Assembly: GCF_036263595.1 (NCBI RefSeq)
Contig: NZ_DATAGQ010000110.1
Location: 220 to 64,219, forward strand
Source of the DNA: Geminicoccus sp.
GTDB taxonomy: Bacteria > Pseudomonadota > Alphaproteobacteria > Geminicoccales > Geminicoccaceae
Length of the DNA: 64,000 nt
Reading direction: 5' to 3'
Of the stretch, positions 28,632-37,603 are shown piece after piece. The notes beneath the pieces are model-generated. The model was not told the origin of the DNA. It made no database searches and worked only from the letters and a program-made list of their open reading frames with translations. Both the position numbers and the translations under genes were made by a program. The stretch's first letter is position 1. Every line of letters begins with the position of its first letter.

Positions 28632-30314
28632 ATGACGGATCGAATGGTGGACACGAGCAGCCTGACGCGGCCGAGCCGGCGCAAGCTGATGGCGATGGGC
28701 CTGGCCGGCGGTGCTGCCGTCTGGATGGGTCCCTCGATCGGCTGGGTCGGCCAGGCCCAGGCCGCCACCCCGCCGGAAAAGCCCACGGGCCAGGCGGTGA
28801 TCGGCTTTTCCCAGGAGCCCACGGTCTTCAATCCGCTGATGCTGCACATCGAGGTGGACGAGGGCGTCTACTTCAACCTGTTCAGCCCGCTCTGGCGGCC
28901 GGGCCCCGACGGCAACCTGATCCCCGACCTGGTCACGGAGATCCCGACCGCAGAGAACGGCGGAATCTCGGCGGACGGCCTGACCTGGCGGCTGAAGCTC
29001 AAGGACAACGTCAAGTGGCATGACGGCACGCCGTTCACGGCCGAAGACGTCAAGTACACGATCGAGCTGATCAACAACCCGGACTTTCGCGCCGGGCGCC
29101 GTGCCGGCCACGAGCTGGTGCGCGACATCCAGGTGGTGAGCCCGACCGAGCTCACCTGGCGCATGGAGAAGCCCTACGCGCCCTACCCGGCGATCCTCTC
29201 CTGGACCTTCATCGTGCCCAAGCACATCCTGGAGAAGGAAGCCGACCCGAACACCGCCGCCTTCAACAACGCTCCGGTCGGCACCGGCGCCTTCAAGTGG
29301 GCCGAGCGCGTCCCAGGCGACCACATCACGCTGGAAGCCTTTGAGGACTATCACGGGGACGGTCCGTACCTGGAGCGGATCATCTTCAAGTACATCCCCG
29401 ACATGACCGTGCTGTTCACCCAGTTCCAGACGGGTGACGTCGATTACACGGGCATCCAGGGCATCTCACCGGACAAGTACGAGACCGCCAAGTCGCTGGA
29501 AGGCCGGGTGGTCATGCCGGTGCCGCAGCCCTTCGTTGAAAACATCGCCTGCAATACCGGCTTGCCGGTGTTCAAGGACCCAAAGGTCCGCGAAGCGCTC
29601 TACTATGCCATGGACAAGCAGAGCATCATCGAGGCGATCTATTACGGCCTGCCGATTCCGACGGAATCGTTCCTGCCCAAGGAGTCCTGGGCGTTCAACC
29701 CGAACCTGCCCAAGCACGAGTACAATCCCGACAAGGCCAGGCAGATCCTGGACGAGGCCGGCTGGGTGCCTGGCAGTGACGGGATCCGCGAGAAGGACGG
29801 CGTGCGGCTGGAGTTCACGAACTCCACCACCGCCGGCAACCAGACCCGCGAGCAGGCGCAGCAGTTCCTCCAGCAGAACTGGCTGGAGGTCGGTGCGAAG
29901 ATGAACATCTCCAACCTGCCGCCCGCCGTGATGTGGGGCGAATACTGGATGATGTCGAAGTTCGAGACCGCCATGGTCGGCATTGGCTTCGGCATCGGCC
30001 CCGATCCGGACGCCAACGACTTCTTCCACAGCAAGTCGATCGGCGCCCAGGGCGGCACCGGCCAGAACACCACCCAGTATAACAGCCCGGAGGTGGATGC
30101 TCTCTTGGCCGAAGGTGCCTCGACCACCGACCAGGCCAAGCGCAAGGAGGTCTACGCCAAGATGCAGGAGGTCACCCGACGCGACCTGCCCTACCTGCCG
30201 ATCTTCCAGTACACGATGGTGGAAGGCATCAAGGAGGGCCTGCAGAACTTCAAGCCCAACGTCGCGGTCCAGGAGAACTGCTGGAACGCGAACGAGTGGT
30301 ACTGGGCCACCTGA
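28632..30314 (+). CDS. ABC transporter substrate-binding protein, family 5 (peptide/opine/nickel type)
   Basis: ATG 28632 follows GAGGGGG. It has a Tat-like signal (SRRKLMAMGLAGGAAVWMG...AQA). Size and motifs (WHDGTPFTAEDVKYT) are typical of DppA/OppA-like proteins. Confidence 0.9.
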   Translation: MTDRMVDTSSLTRPSRRKLMAMGLAGGAAVWMGPSIGWVGQAQAATPPEKPTGQAVIGFSQEPTVFNPLMLHIEVDEGVYFNLFSPLWRPGPDGNLIPDLVTEIPTAENGGISADGLTWRLKLKDNVKWHDGTPFTAEDVKYTIELINNPDFRAGRRAGHELVRDIQVVSPTELTWRMEKPYAPYPAILSWTFIVPKHILEKEADPNTAAFNNAPVGTGAFKWAERVPGDHITLEAFEDYHGDGPYLERIIFKYIPDMTVLFTQFQTGDVDYTGIQGISPDKYETAKSLEGRVVMPVPQPFVENIACNTGLPVFKDPKVREALYYAMDKQSIIEAIYYGLPIPTESFLPKESWAFNPNLPKHEYNPDKARQILDEAGWVPGSDGIREKDGVRLEFTNSTTAGNQTREQAQQFLQQNWLEVGAKMNISNLPPAVMWGEYWMMSKFETAMVGIGFGIGPDPDANDFFHSKSIGAQGGTGQNTTQYNSPEVDALLAEGASTTDQAKRKEVYAKMQEVTRRDLPYLPIFQYTMVEGIKEGLQNFKPNVAVQENCWNANEWYWAT

Positions 30315-30335
30315 CCACGACAGGTTGAACAGGGA

Positions 30336-30362
30336 CCGGGGCGGCTCTTCGGGCTGCCCCGG
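30336..30362 (+). other. intercistronic stem-loop between the binding-protein and permease genes
   Basis: CCGGGGCGGC-tcttcgg-GCTGCCCCGG, with one mismatch and no T run. It is placed where binding-protein/permease stoichiometry hairpins are often found. Confidence 0.4.
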
Positions 30363-30386
30363 CTCCGCATCGGAGGAGGAGCCGGG

Positions 30387-31337
30387 ATGGGGCGCTATCT
30401 TCTCGGCAGGCTCGGGCAGAACGTGGTGCTGCTCTGGCTCGTGTCCATGATCGGGTTCGGCGTGCTCTACCTGGCACCCGGCGGACCCTTGTCGCAGTTC
30501 GCGATGGTGCCCGGCATGTCCCAGGAGGACATCGCCCGGATCGCCCAGCAGATGGGCCTGGATCGGCCCCTGCCCGTCCAGTACTGGGAATGGTTCACCC
30601 GCCTGCTCATGGGCGACTGGGGCCGCTCCTACCGCGATTCACAGCCCGTGCTCCACGTGATCGGCTCGCACTTGTGGGCGACCCTGGAGTTGATGATCAC
30701 CGCCACCATCATCGCCATCTTCCTCGGCGTATGGATCGGCGTGATGGGGGCGATCCGCCGCTATTCCTTCTTCGACTCGCTGGCGACCATCGGTGCGATG
30801 ATCGCGCTCTCCATCCCGACCTTCTGGTTCGGCCTCGTCACCATCTACATCTTCTCGGTCAAGCTCGGCTGGCTGCCGCCCGGCAACCGCTACACGATCG
30901 GCGACGCCTCCTTCTGGGACTATCTCCACCACCTGATCGCCCCATCCCTGGTGCTGGCCCTGGTCGAGGTCGCCGTATGGAGCCGCTACATGCGCGCCTC
31001 CATACTGGACGTGATCAACCAGGACTTCATCCGCACCGCCCGTGCCAAGGGCCTGCCGGAGCGGCAGATCCTGCTTCGCCACGCCATGCGCAACGCGCTG
31101 ATCCCGATGATCACGCTGGCGGGCCTGCAGATCCCGACCCTCCTGGGTGGGGCGCTCGTGACCGAGACCGTGTTCACCTGGCCCGGCATGGGACGCCTGT
31201 TCCTGGATTCGCTCTCCTACCGCGACTACCCCGTGGTGATGGGCATCCTGGTCTTCTCCGCGATCATGGTGCTGGTCGGCAACCTGCTGGCCGACCTGCT
31301 CTGCGCCATCGTCGACCCGCGTATCCGACTGGACTGA
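30387..31337 (+). CDS. ABC transporter permease (DppB/OppB-like)
   Basis: 316 aa starting MGRYLLGRLGQNVVLLWLVSMIGF, with the EAA loop FIRTARAKGLPERQILLRHAMRNAL. Confidence 0.9.
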   Translation: MGRYLLGRLGQNVVLLWLVSMIGFGVLYLAPGGPLSQFAMVPGMSQEDIARIAQQMGLDRPLPVQYWEWFTRLLMGDWGRSYRDSQPVLHVIGSHLWATLELMITATIIAIFLGVWIGVMGAIRRYSFFDSLATIGAMIALSIPTFWFGLVTIYIFSVKLGWLPPGNRYTIGDASFWDYLHHLIAPSLVLALVEVAVWSRYMRASILDVINQDFIRTARAKGLPERQILLRHAMRNALIPMITLAGLQIPTLLGGALVTETVFTWPGMGRLFLDSLSYRDYPVVMGILVFSAIMVLVGNLLADLLCAIVDPRIRLD

Positions 31338-31342
31338 CAAGC

Positions 31343-32230
31343 ATGGCCCAGGCTGCCATCCCCGCGACCCCGGCCACCCTGCCGGCTCCCGCCAGGAACC
31401 GTGCGCTGCGCCGATTCCTGCGCCACCGCCTGGCCGTGTTCGGCATCGTCATGATCGTGCTGCTGGTCCTGCTTTCAGCCTTCGGCCCTTATCTCATCCC
31501 CTACGACCAGCTGTTCATCGACATCCGCAACCGCTTCGCCCCGCCGCTCTCCGGCTTCCACATCCTGGGCACCGACCCGCTCGGCCGCGACCATGCCGCG
31601 CGCCTGCTCAATGCCGGCCGGATCTCGCTCACCGTGGGCTTCCTCGCCATGATCGTCTCCACCGTGATCGGGACGATCGTGGGTGCCGTGGCCGGCTATT
31701 ACGGCCGCTGGATCGGCGCCGTCCTCATGCGGATCGTGGACGCAATCTTATGCTTCCCGTCCGTGTTCCTGCTCCTGGCGCTGGCCGCCTTCATCAAGCC
31801 CAACGTGATCACCATCACGCTGATCATTGCCGCCACCTCCTGGATGGAAGTGGCCCGCGTCGTCCAGAACCAGATCCGGTCCTTGCGCGAACGCGACTTC
31901 ACCGTGGCCGCCGAGATGCTGGGCGTCTCGGATGCCGCGATCATGTTCCGCGAGCTCTTGCCCAACGTCGTCGGCCCGATCGTCGTGGCCGCAACGTTGA
32001 CGGTCGCCCGCGCGATCCTGATGGAATCCTATATCAGCTTTTTGGGCTACGGCATCCAGCCGCCCATGGCGAGCTGGGGCAACATGCTGAACAACGCCCA
32101 GCAATACCTGGTCTCCGCCCCCTGGCTCGCAATCTTCCCGGGCGTGATGATCACGCTGGCCGTGGCCAGCTTCAACTTCGTTGGCGACGGCTTGCGCGAC
32201 GCGCTGGACGACCGGCTGGATACACAGTGA
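31343..32230 (+). CDS. ABC transporter permease (DppC/OppC-like)
   Basis: ATG 31343 lies within ORF 30590..32230. It has the FGTDxLGRD motif (ILGTDPLGRDHAARLL) and the EAA loop FTVAAEMLGVSDAAIMFRELLPN. Confidence 0.9.
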   Translation: MAQAAIPATPATLPAPARNRALRRFLRHRLAVFGIVMIVLLVLLSAFGPYLIPYDQLFIDIRNRFAPPLSGFHILGTDPLGRDHAARLLNAGRISLTVGFLAMIVSTVIGTIVGAVAGYYGRWIGAVLMRIVDAILCFPSVFLLLALAAFIKPNVITITLIIAATSWMEVARVVQNQIRSLRERDFTVAAEMLGVSDAAIMFRELLPNVVGPIVVAATLTVARAILMESYISFLGYGIQPPMASWGNMLNNAQQYLVSAPWLAIFPGVMITLAVASFNFVGDGLRDALDDRLDTQ

Positions 32231-32323
32231 GGCGCTTGCCGAGCATTGGCCCCACGATCCGGGCGATCCGCGGTTGGCCTTGAGCTAGGCTGCAGGCCGT
32301 CACCCACGCATGGAGGCGAGGCC

Positions 32324-32899
32324 ATGGCGGGAACAATGGAGCATGGCGGAAGGCGCCGCCGTTGGATGGTACCCTGGTCGGTGGCAGCCCTTCTCCTGCT
32401 GCTGCCGTTGGTCGCCATGCTGTTCACCGATGAGATGGCCTGGGACGGGGCCGACTTCGCCATCATGGGGGCCATGCTGTTCGGCGCTTGCGGCGCCTAT
32501 GAGCTGGGGGCCAGGACGAGCGGGAACATCGCCTACCGTGTGGCGCTCGGCATCCTGATCGTCACAGCGCTCTTCCTCGCCTGGATCAGCTTGGCCGCCG
32601 GCATCATCGGGTCAGAAGACCACCCGGCCAACCTGATGTATGGCGGCGTGCTCGCCGTGGCGGTCCTCGGTGCCCTCCTCGTGCGCCTGCGGCCTGAAGG
32701 CATGGCTCGCGCGTCAGCCCTGACCGCCCTTGCCCAGATCTCGGCCGGGGCGACCGCCCTGGCCGCCGGATGGGGCTCCACCGGGGCGGACGGGCCGGGG
32801 AAACTGGCGGTCCTGACCGGCATCTTCGCCTTGCTATGGCTCCTGTCGGCTTGGCTGTTCCGTCAGGCGGCACGGGTGCAGGCTGCAGGAGCCGCGTAG
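32324..32899 (+). CDS. hypothetical membrane protein
   Basis: ATG 32324 follows GGAGG. There are four or five hydrophobic helices and no recognised family. Confidence 0.5.
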   Translation: MAGTMEHGGRRRRWMVPWSVAALLLLLPLVAMLFTDEMAWDGADFAIMGAMLFGACGAYELGARTSGNIAYRVALGILIVTALFLAWISLAAGIIGSEDHPANLMYGGVLAVAVLGALLVRLRPEGMARASALTALAQISAGATALAAGWGSTGADGPGKLAVLTGIFALLWLLSAWLFRQAARVQAAGAA

Positions 32900-32988
32900 A
32901 CACTTGCCGCGACGGCGGCCGTCCGGGCCGGTAGCGACTGGCGAGCCGACGTGGCCCGACATGATGAGCCGGCTGCGTAGCACCGAGG

Positions 32989-33504
32989 CTAACTAGCCCG
33001 GTCCTGCAACGCCTCCTCGACCGGGCAGTCCTGGCAGGTCCGTTCATCGCACAGGCGACACACGGCGTAGGCATGCCCTGCGTCGCGCACGAACCCGCCG
33101 AGCAGTTTCGCAACGAGGCTGTCCAGTTGCGCCCGCTCCTCCGACGCCAGGCATGTCAGGGCAGCGGTCAGCCCCGCATGGCGCTCGGCCAGGATCGCAT
33201 CGCGCTGCCGCAGGCCTTCCTCCGTCAGGACCAGCGCCACGGCTCGGCCATCCTCGATGGAGGGGCGGCGCAGCACGAGCCCATTGGCCACCAGCCGGTC
33301 GACCAGCCGCACCGCACCCGGATGCGAGAGCCCCAGCGCGCGCCGCAGCCGGTCGATCGACAGGCCCGGGTCATGCCCGATCAGGGCGACGGCCGCCGGC
33401 GCGGGTCCGCCCTCCGATGCCTGTCGTTCGCTGGCGGCCCGGATCTGGTCGGCGATCCCGAGCGCCAGGGCACCCAGGATGTTTGCGGTTCGGTCGTAGT
33501 TCAT
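32989..33504 (-). CDS. MarR family transcriptional regulator with Cys-rich C-terminal tail
   Basis: A MarR winged helix (LSHPGAVRLVDRLVANGLVLRRPSIEDGRAVALVLTEEG) followed by CRLCDERTCQDCPVEE. Confidence 0.85.
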   Translation of the reverse strand: MNYDRTANILGALALGIADQIRAASERQASEGGPAPAAVALIGHDPGLSIDRLRRALGLSHPGAVRLVDRLVANGLVLRRPSIEDGRAVALVLTEEGLRQRDAILAERHAGLTAALTCLASEERAQLDSLVAKLLGGFVRDAGHAYAVCRLCDERTCQDCPVEEALQDRAS

Positions 33505-33516
33505 GCGGCTTATTTA

Positions 33517-33575
33517 TATGCATGGAGCATAGACATCAACCACGACATCCACTAATATATGCATCACGCATATAT
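33517..33575. promoter_or_regulatory. two related palindromic operators in the MarR/YHS divergent intergenic region
   Basis: TATGC-atgga-GCATA (33517-33531) and ATATATGC-atcac-GCATATAT (33555-33575). Both share the TATATGCAT...GCATA core. Confidence 0.45.
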
Positions 33576-33591
33576 GGAGAGGAGATGTCCG

Positions 33592-34092
33592 ATGCAGCGT
33601 TCTGTACCTCCTGCGGCTCCCTTGGAGGCGGCAAGGCGCAGCTCATGCGCAGGTGCCGTGGCTGGCCTTTTTGTGGTGGGTTCGTTCGGCGCCGGCCTTG
33701 CCGGCGAGATCAACGAGACCGATGGCCTTGCCATCGAAGGCTACGATCCGGTCGCCTATTTCAGCGAGCACAAGCCGGTACAAGGGCCGGCCGCGTTCAC
33801 GGCCTCGCAGGACGGCGTCACCTACCGCTTCGCCTCGGCCGCCCATCGCGACCAGTTCCTGGCGAACCCGGCCGCCTACCTGCCCCAGTATGGCGGCTTC
33901 TGCGCCTATGCGACCGCCAAGGGCTACAAGGCCGATGCCGATCCGACCGCCTTCTCGGTCGTCTCCGGCAAGCTCTACCTGAACTACAACGCCGACATCC
34001 AGGCCGAATGGTCGAAGGACCCGGTGGGCTACATCACGAACGGTGACCGGAGCTGGTCGACCGTTTCCAAGCTGACCGACATCGTCCGATGA
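33592..34092 (+). CDS. YHS domain-containing exported protein
   Basis: ATG 33592 follows GGAGAGGAG, then a signal-like N-terminus. GYDPVAYF...YRFASAAHRDQFLANPAAYLPQYGGFC fits the YHS domain family. Confidence 0.8.
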   Translation: MQRSVPPAAPLEAARRSSCAGAVAGLFVVGSFGAGLAGEINETDGLAIEGYDPVAYFSEHKPVQGPAAFTASQDGVTYRFASAAHRDQFLANPAAYLPQYGGFCAYATAKGYKADADPTAFSVVSGKLYLNYNADIQAEWSKDPVGYITNGDRSWSTVSKLTDIVR

Positions 34093-34655
34093 ACCAGCCT
34101 TCCATGGAGCGTGGCATGCAGCCTTCATCTGCACCGGCAGCCCCATCCGTGCTGCCAACCCGCCCGGCCGTCAGCCTCTTTCCGCCACTGGCCGCGGCCA
34201 CGCTGGTCACGGCCCTGCTGGCCGGCGCCGCTGCCGACGTTGCCTGGGAAGTCTGGGCGCGCTGGGTCACCCCTCATCTCCCGGGCGTAGGAGGACCGCT
34301 CGAGCCGGCAGCCCTCGTGCAGAGCGTGTTCGGCCTGGACAGCCGCTGGCTGGCCGAACTGCTCCACCTCGTCGTGGGCGTCGTCTTCTACCCGCTGGGC
34401 TACCTGTTCATCGCTCGCCCCCTGCAGCGTGCGATCCTGCCGGGGCTGCCCTGGTGGTTGACTGCGGCGGACTTCGGCCTCGGCCTGTTCGTCTTCGCCC
34501 TCTTCGTCATGGCCCATCTGATCGCCGGCCTGCCCGCCTTCCTCGGCTGGATTCCGCTGGCATGGGCCTCGCTTGCCGGCCATGTTCTGTTCGGGCTCGT
34601 CACCGGCGCCGTCGTGAAGCTGCGGGAGGAACGTGCCAGCCATCGTTTGGCCTGA
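34089..34655 (+). CDS. hypothetical membrane protein
   Basis: The start overlaps the YHS gene stop (ATGA). There are four predicted hydrophobic helices; 188 aa. Confidence 0.6.
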   Translation: MNQPSMERGMQPSSAPAAPSVLPTRPAVSLFPPLAAATLVTALLAGAAADVAWEVWARWVTPHLPGVGGPLEPAALVQSVFGLDSRWLAELLHLVVGVVFYPLGYLFIARPLQRAILPGLPWWLTAADFGLGLFVFALFVMAHLIAGLPAFLGWIPLAWASLAGHVLFGLVTGAVVKLREERASHRLA

Positions 34656-34723
34656 CCGCCGGTCTGTCCGGAAGCCCACCGGTCCCGGTGGCTTCCGGCT
34701 CAAGGGCGGCTACCGGGACCTGC

Positions 34724-35395
34724 TCACGAAGCGAGAGCGCTCTCGACCTCGCGACCCGCCGCATCAGCTCGGCTCGGCCGGCGGACCGCCCTGACCTTGC
34801 CGCTCTTGCCGCCGCCGCAGAAGAACTGGCCGGCGCCGTCCGACTCCAGCCCCGACACCATCATGCCCGTCGGCAAGTCGAGCCGGTCCAGGACCACGCC
34901 CGTGTCGGGATCGACCCGTGTCAGGTCGCTTTCGTCGCCTTCCCATCTGCCGTGCCAGAGTTCGCCATCCACCCAGGTGACCCCGGTGACGAAGCGCCTG
35001 GATTCGATGGTGCGCAGGATCGCCCCCGTCTCCGGATCGATCTGGAGGATCTTCCGGTTCCGGTACTGCCCCATCCAGAGGGTCCCGTCGGCCCAGGCCA
35101 GGCCCGAGCCACCGCCATCGGGTGCGGGAATGGTGGCGAGCACTTGGCCGCTCACCGGGTCGATCTTCTGGATGTGGCTCTCGGCGAGCTGGAACAAATG
35201 CCGGCCGTCGAAGGCCGATCCCGCATGTGCGGGAACCTCGATCGAGCGCACGGGCTCGCCGCTTTCAGGGTCGAGGGCATTCAGCTTGTCGCCCGACGCG
35301 AACCAGACATGCTGGCCATCGAAGGTGACCCCGTGCACCTGGTCGACCCCTTCAAAAGGTCCATACTCGCGGATGATCTCGGCTGGTCGCTGCAT
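34724..35395 (-). CDS. beta-propeller protein, glutamine-cyclotransferase-like
   Basis: ATG 35395 follows GAGGAGG. It has repeated D/G-x-LW/F blades (HVWFASGD, GTLWMGQY, GELWHGRW) resembling bacterial glutaminyl cyclase-like propellers. Confidence 0.5.
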   Translation of the reverse strand: MQRPAEIIREYGPFEGVDQVHGVTFDGQHVWFASGDKLNALDPESGEPVRSIEVPAHAGSAFDGRHLFQLAESHIQKIDPVSGQVLATIPAPDGGGSGLAWADGTLWMGQYRNRKILQIDPETGAILRTIESRRFVTGVTWVDGELWHGRWEGDESDLTRVDPDTGVVLDRLDLPTGMMVSGLESDGAGQFFCGGGKSGKVRAVRRPSRADAAGREVESALAS

Positions 35396-35432
35396 CTGCT
35401 TGCCTCCTCGTTGCTGGGCAGTGGAGGCCATC

Positions 35433-36722
35433 CTAGTCACCGGGCAGGGCAGCGGAGAGTAACAAGGTCGTCGTGATACCCGGCAGGGGCGTGGTCATCC
35501 AGCGCTGTGCCCGGCCCCGGCCGAACGATTGCACCTTGCCCCCTTCCGCCAGCCCATCGAGGGCCCGCTGCACACTCCGCTGGCTCATGCCGAGGGCCAG
35601 CGCCAGGGCGGAGCTCGACCAGGATTCGCCATCGGCAAGCAAGGCAAGCAGGGCCGCGTGCCGCTCGTCGACGGGCCGTGCCAGCACGATGACCTCGCCG
35701 CTTGGGCGCGGCACCAGGGCGAAGCCGCGCTTGGTGGCGCGGATGCCGGCCAGCGGCCGCAGCATCGCGCGCAGCCGCCCGACCTCGACCCGCAGCCGTG
35801 CCCGATGCGATTCGTCGGCATGCCTGGCCCCGAACGCCCGCGCCACCAGCACGTCCCTCGGCACGTCGCCAGGCCAGGCCTCGCCCAGGGCCCGGGCCAG
35901 CGCGAACAGCACGGGACGGCTGGCCAGCGAGACCGCCTGGCCCGCCTCGCGGACGACATGGCGGCACCCGTCCACGACCAGCACCGGCGAGCCCTGCAGC
36001 GCTTCGACCTCGTCGAGCAGGAGGGGCCGGACTTGGCCGCGCGCGATCAGGCGTGCCGCCGGCATGTCCAGCATGACCGAGAGGCTCTCGACCTCCGCCG
36101 TGAGCGCGGGAATGCCGGCCTGGCGTGCGGCACGCTCTGCCCTGGACAGCGCATCGCGTGCGGCCTTGGCCTGGAGGCGGCGCATCGCGATCCCCGCCAC
36201 CACCAGCTCGTGGGCGGTTCTCGACGCCGGCGGAAAAGGTGTCGGATCCAGCTCTGCCAGCGCACGCTCGGCAAGGTCGAGATGGCCGATCAGGAGCAGC
36301 CGGCGGACCTCCAGGTAGCGCGCATGCGCGGCGTTCAGCTTGTCGCCATGCTGTTCCAGCGTCGCGCGCGCCTGGTCGAGCGCCTTGCCCGGCCAGTTGA
36401 GGTCGCGCGCGGCCAGGGCGATCTCGGCAAGCGCCACGATGCACCTGGCACGGGCGGCAGCCTCGCGCGGGCCGAAGCCGCGTACCGCACTGCGCACCAG
36501 GGCCTTGGCCCGGACGAGGTCGCCGAGTTGCGCCATCGCGATGCCACGAAGTGCCAGGGCCGGCGGGTCGCTGCGCAGGGCCACCCGGTTCAACGCACCC
36601 AGCGGATCGCCGGCGGCAAGGGCCCGTGCCGCCGCCGTGATCAGCGAGTCCACGCAAATCCCGCCACACTTGTCACTCCCGCCGTCCAGCCATCCGGTAC
36701 CAGTCTCGCCTTCGACCACCAA
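35433..36722 (-). CDS. putative transcriptional regulator (helical repeat N-terminus, C-terminal HTH)
   Basis: C-terminal LALALGMSQRSVQRALDGLAEGGKVQSFGRGRAQRW is HTH-like, and the N-terminal half is Ala/Leu-rich TPR-like. The start is uncertain (internal GTG/ATG possible). Confidence 0.5.
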   Translation of the reverse strand: MVVEGETGTGWLDGGSDKCGGICVDSLITAAARALAAGDPLGALNRVALRSDPPALALRGIAMAQLGDLVRAKALVRSAVRGFGPREAAARARCIVALAEIALAARDLNWPGKALDQARATLEQHGDKLNAAHARYLEVRRLLLIGHLDLAERALAELDPTPFPPASRTAHELVVAGIAMRRLQAKAARDALSRAERAARQAGIPALTAEVESLSVMLDMPAARLIARGQVRPLLLDEVEALQGSPVLVVDGCRHVVREAGQAVSLASRPVLFALARALGEAWPGDVPRDVLVARAFGARHADESHRARLRVEVGRLRAMLRPLAGIRATKRGFALVPRPSGEVIVLARPVDERHAALLALLADGESWSSSALALALGMSQRSVQRALDGLAEGGKVQSFGRGRAQRWMTTPLPGITTTLLLSAALPGD

Positions 36723-36769
36723 CCGCCACGTCGCGCCGGTCAGGCAACGATGGGCGAAGGGAGAAGGCG

Positions 36770-37534
36770 ATGACAGAACACGTGACCGCGACGCGCGAGG
36801 AGTGGCTGGCAGCCAGGCTCGACCTGCTTCAGGCGGAAAAGGAGCTTACGCGCCGCAGCGACGAGCTCGCGCGGCGGCGCCAGGCCCTTCCCTGGGTCCG
36901 GATCGACAAGGCGTACCGGTTCGACACCGAACAGGGCGAAGCTTCGCTGGCGGACCTGTTCGGTGGGCGCTCGCAGCTCCTGGTCTACCATTTCATGTTC
37001 GGGCCGGACTACAAGGCGGGCTGCCCGTCCTGCTCGGCGCTTGCGGATGGGTTCGACGGCCTCGTCGTCCACCTGGCGAATCACGACGTCACGCTCATGG
37101 CGGTATCACGGGCACCGCTCGACAAGCTGCTGGCCTACCGGCAGCGGATGGGCTGGACGTTTCCCTGGGCGTCCTCGCCCGACGGCGCGTTCGCCTTCGA
37201 CTTCAACGTCGCGTTCACCGAGGAGCAGCAGCGCACCGGCGACATCGACTACAACTACCGGCGTGCCGGCCATGCGCTGGACATGAACCCGGCGCCCGAG
37301 CCGATCGTCCAGCTAGCCGGCATGTGCGGAACCGACGCGCCCACCTTTGCGCGTGACCGGCCGGGCCTCAGCGCGTTCGCGCTGGAGGACGGCGTCGTCT
37401 ACCACACCTACTCCACCTATACGCGCGGCCTGGATGGCCTGTGGGGCATGTACCAGTGGCTGGACCGTACGCCCAAGGGCCGCAACGAGACGGGCGCCTG
37501 GTTCCGCCGCCACGACGAGTACCAGCACGGCTGA
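36770..37534 (+). CDS. DUF899 domain-containing (thioredoxin-like) protein
   Basis: TREEWLAARLDLLQAEKELTRRSDELARRRQALPWV ... LLVYHFMFGPDYKAGCPSCS is the characteristic DUF899 pattern; 254 aa. Confidence 0.85.
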   Translation: MTEHVTATREEWLAARLDLLQAEKELTRRSDELARRRQALPWVRIDKAYRFDTEQGEASLADLFGGRSQLLVYHFMFGPDYKAGCPSCSALADGFDGLVVHLANHDVTLMAVSRAPLDKLLAYRQRMGWTFPWASSPDGAFAFDFNVAFTEEQQRTGDIDYNYRRAGHALDMNPAPEPIVQLAGMCGTDAPTFARDRPGLSAFALEDGVVYHTYSTYTRGLDGLWGMYQWLDRTPKGRNETGAWFRRHDEYQHG

Positions 37535-37603
37535 GCACGGTCGACATAGGCTCGTACGACAAGGGGACGGCGTGGCAGCGCCGTCCCCTTGCATGCAGGC
37601 CCA

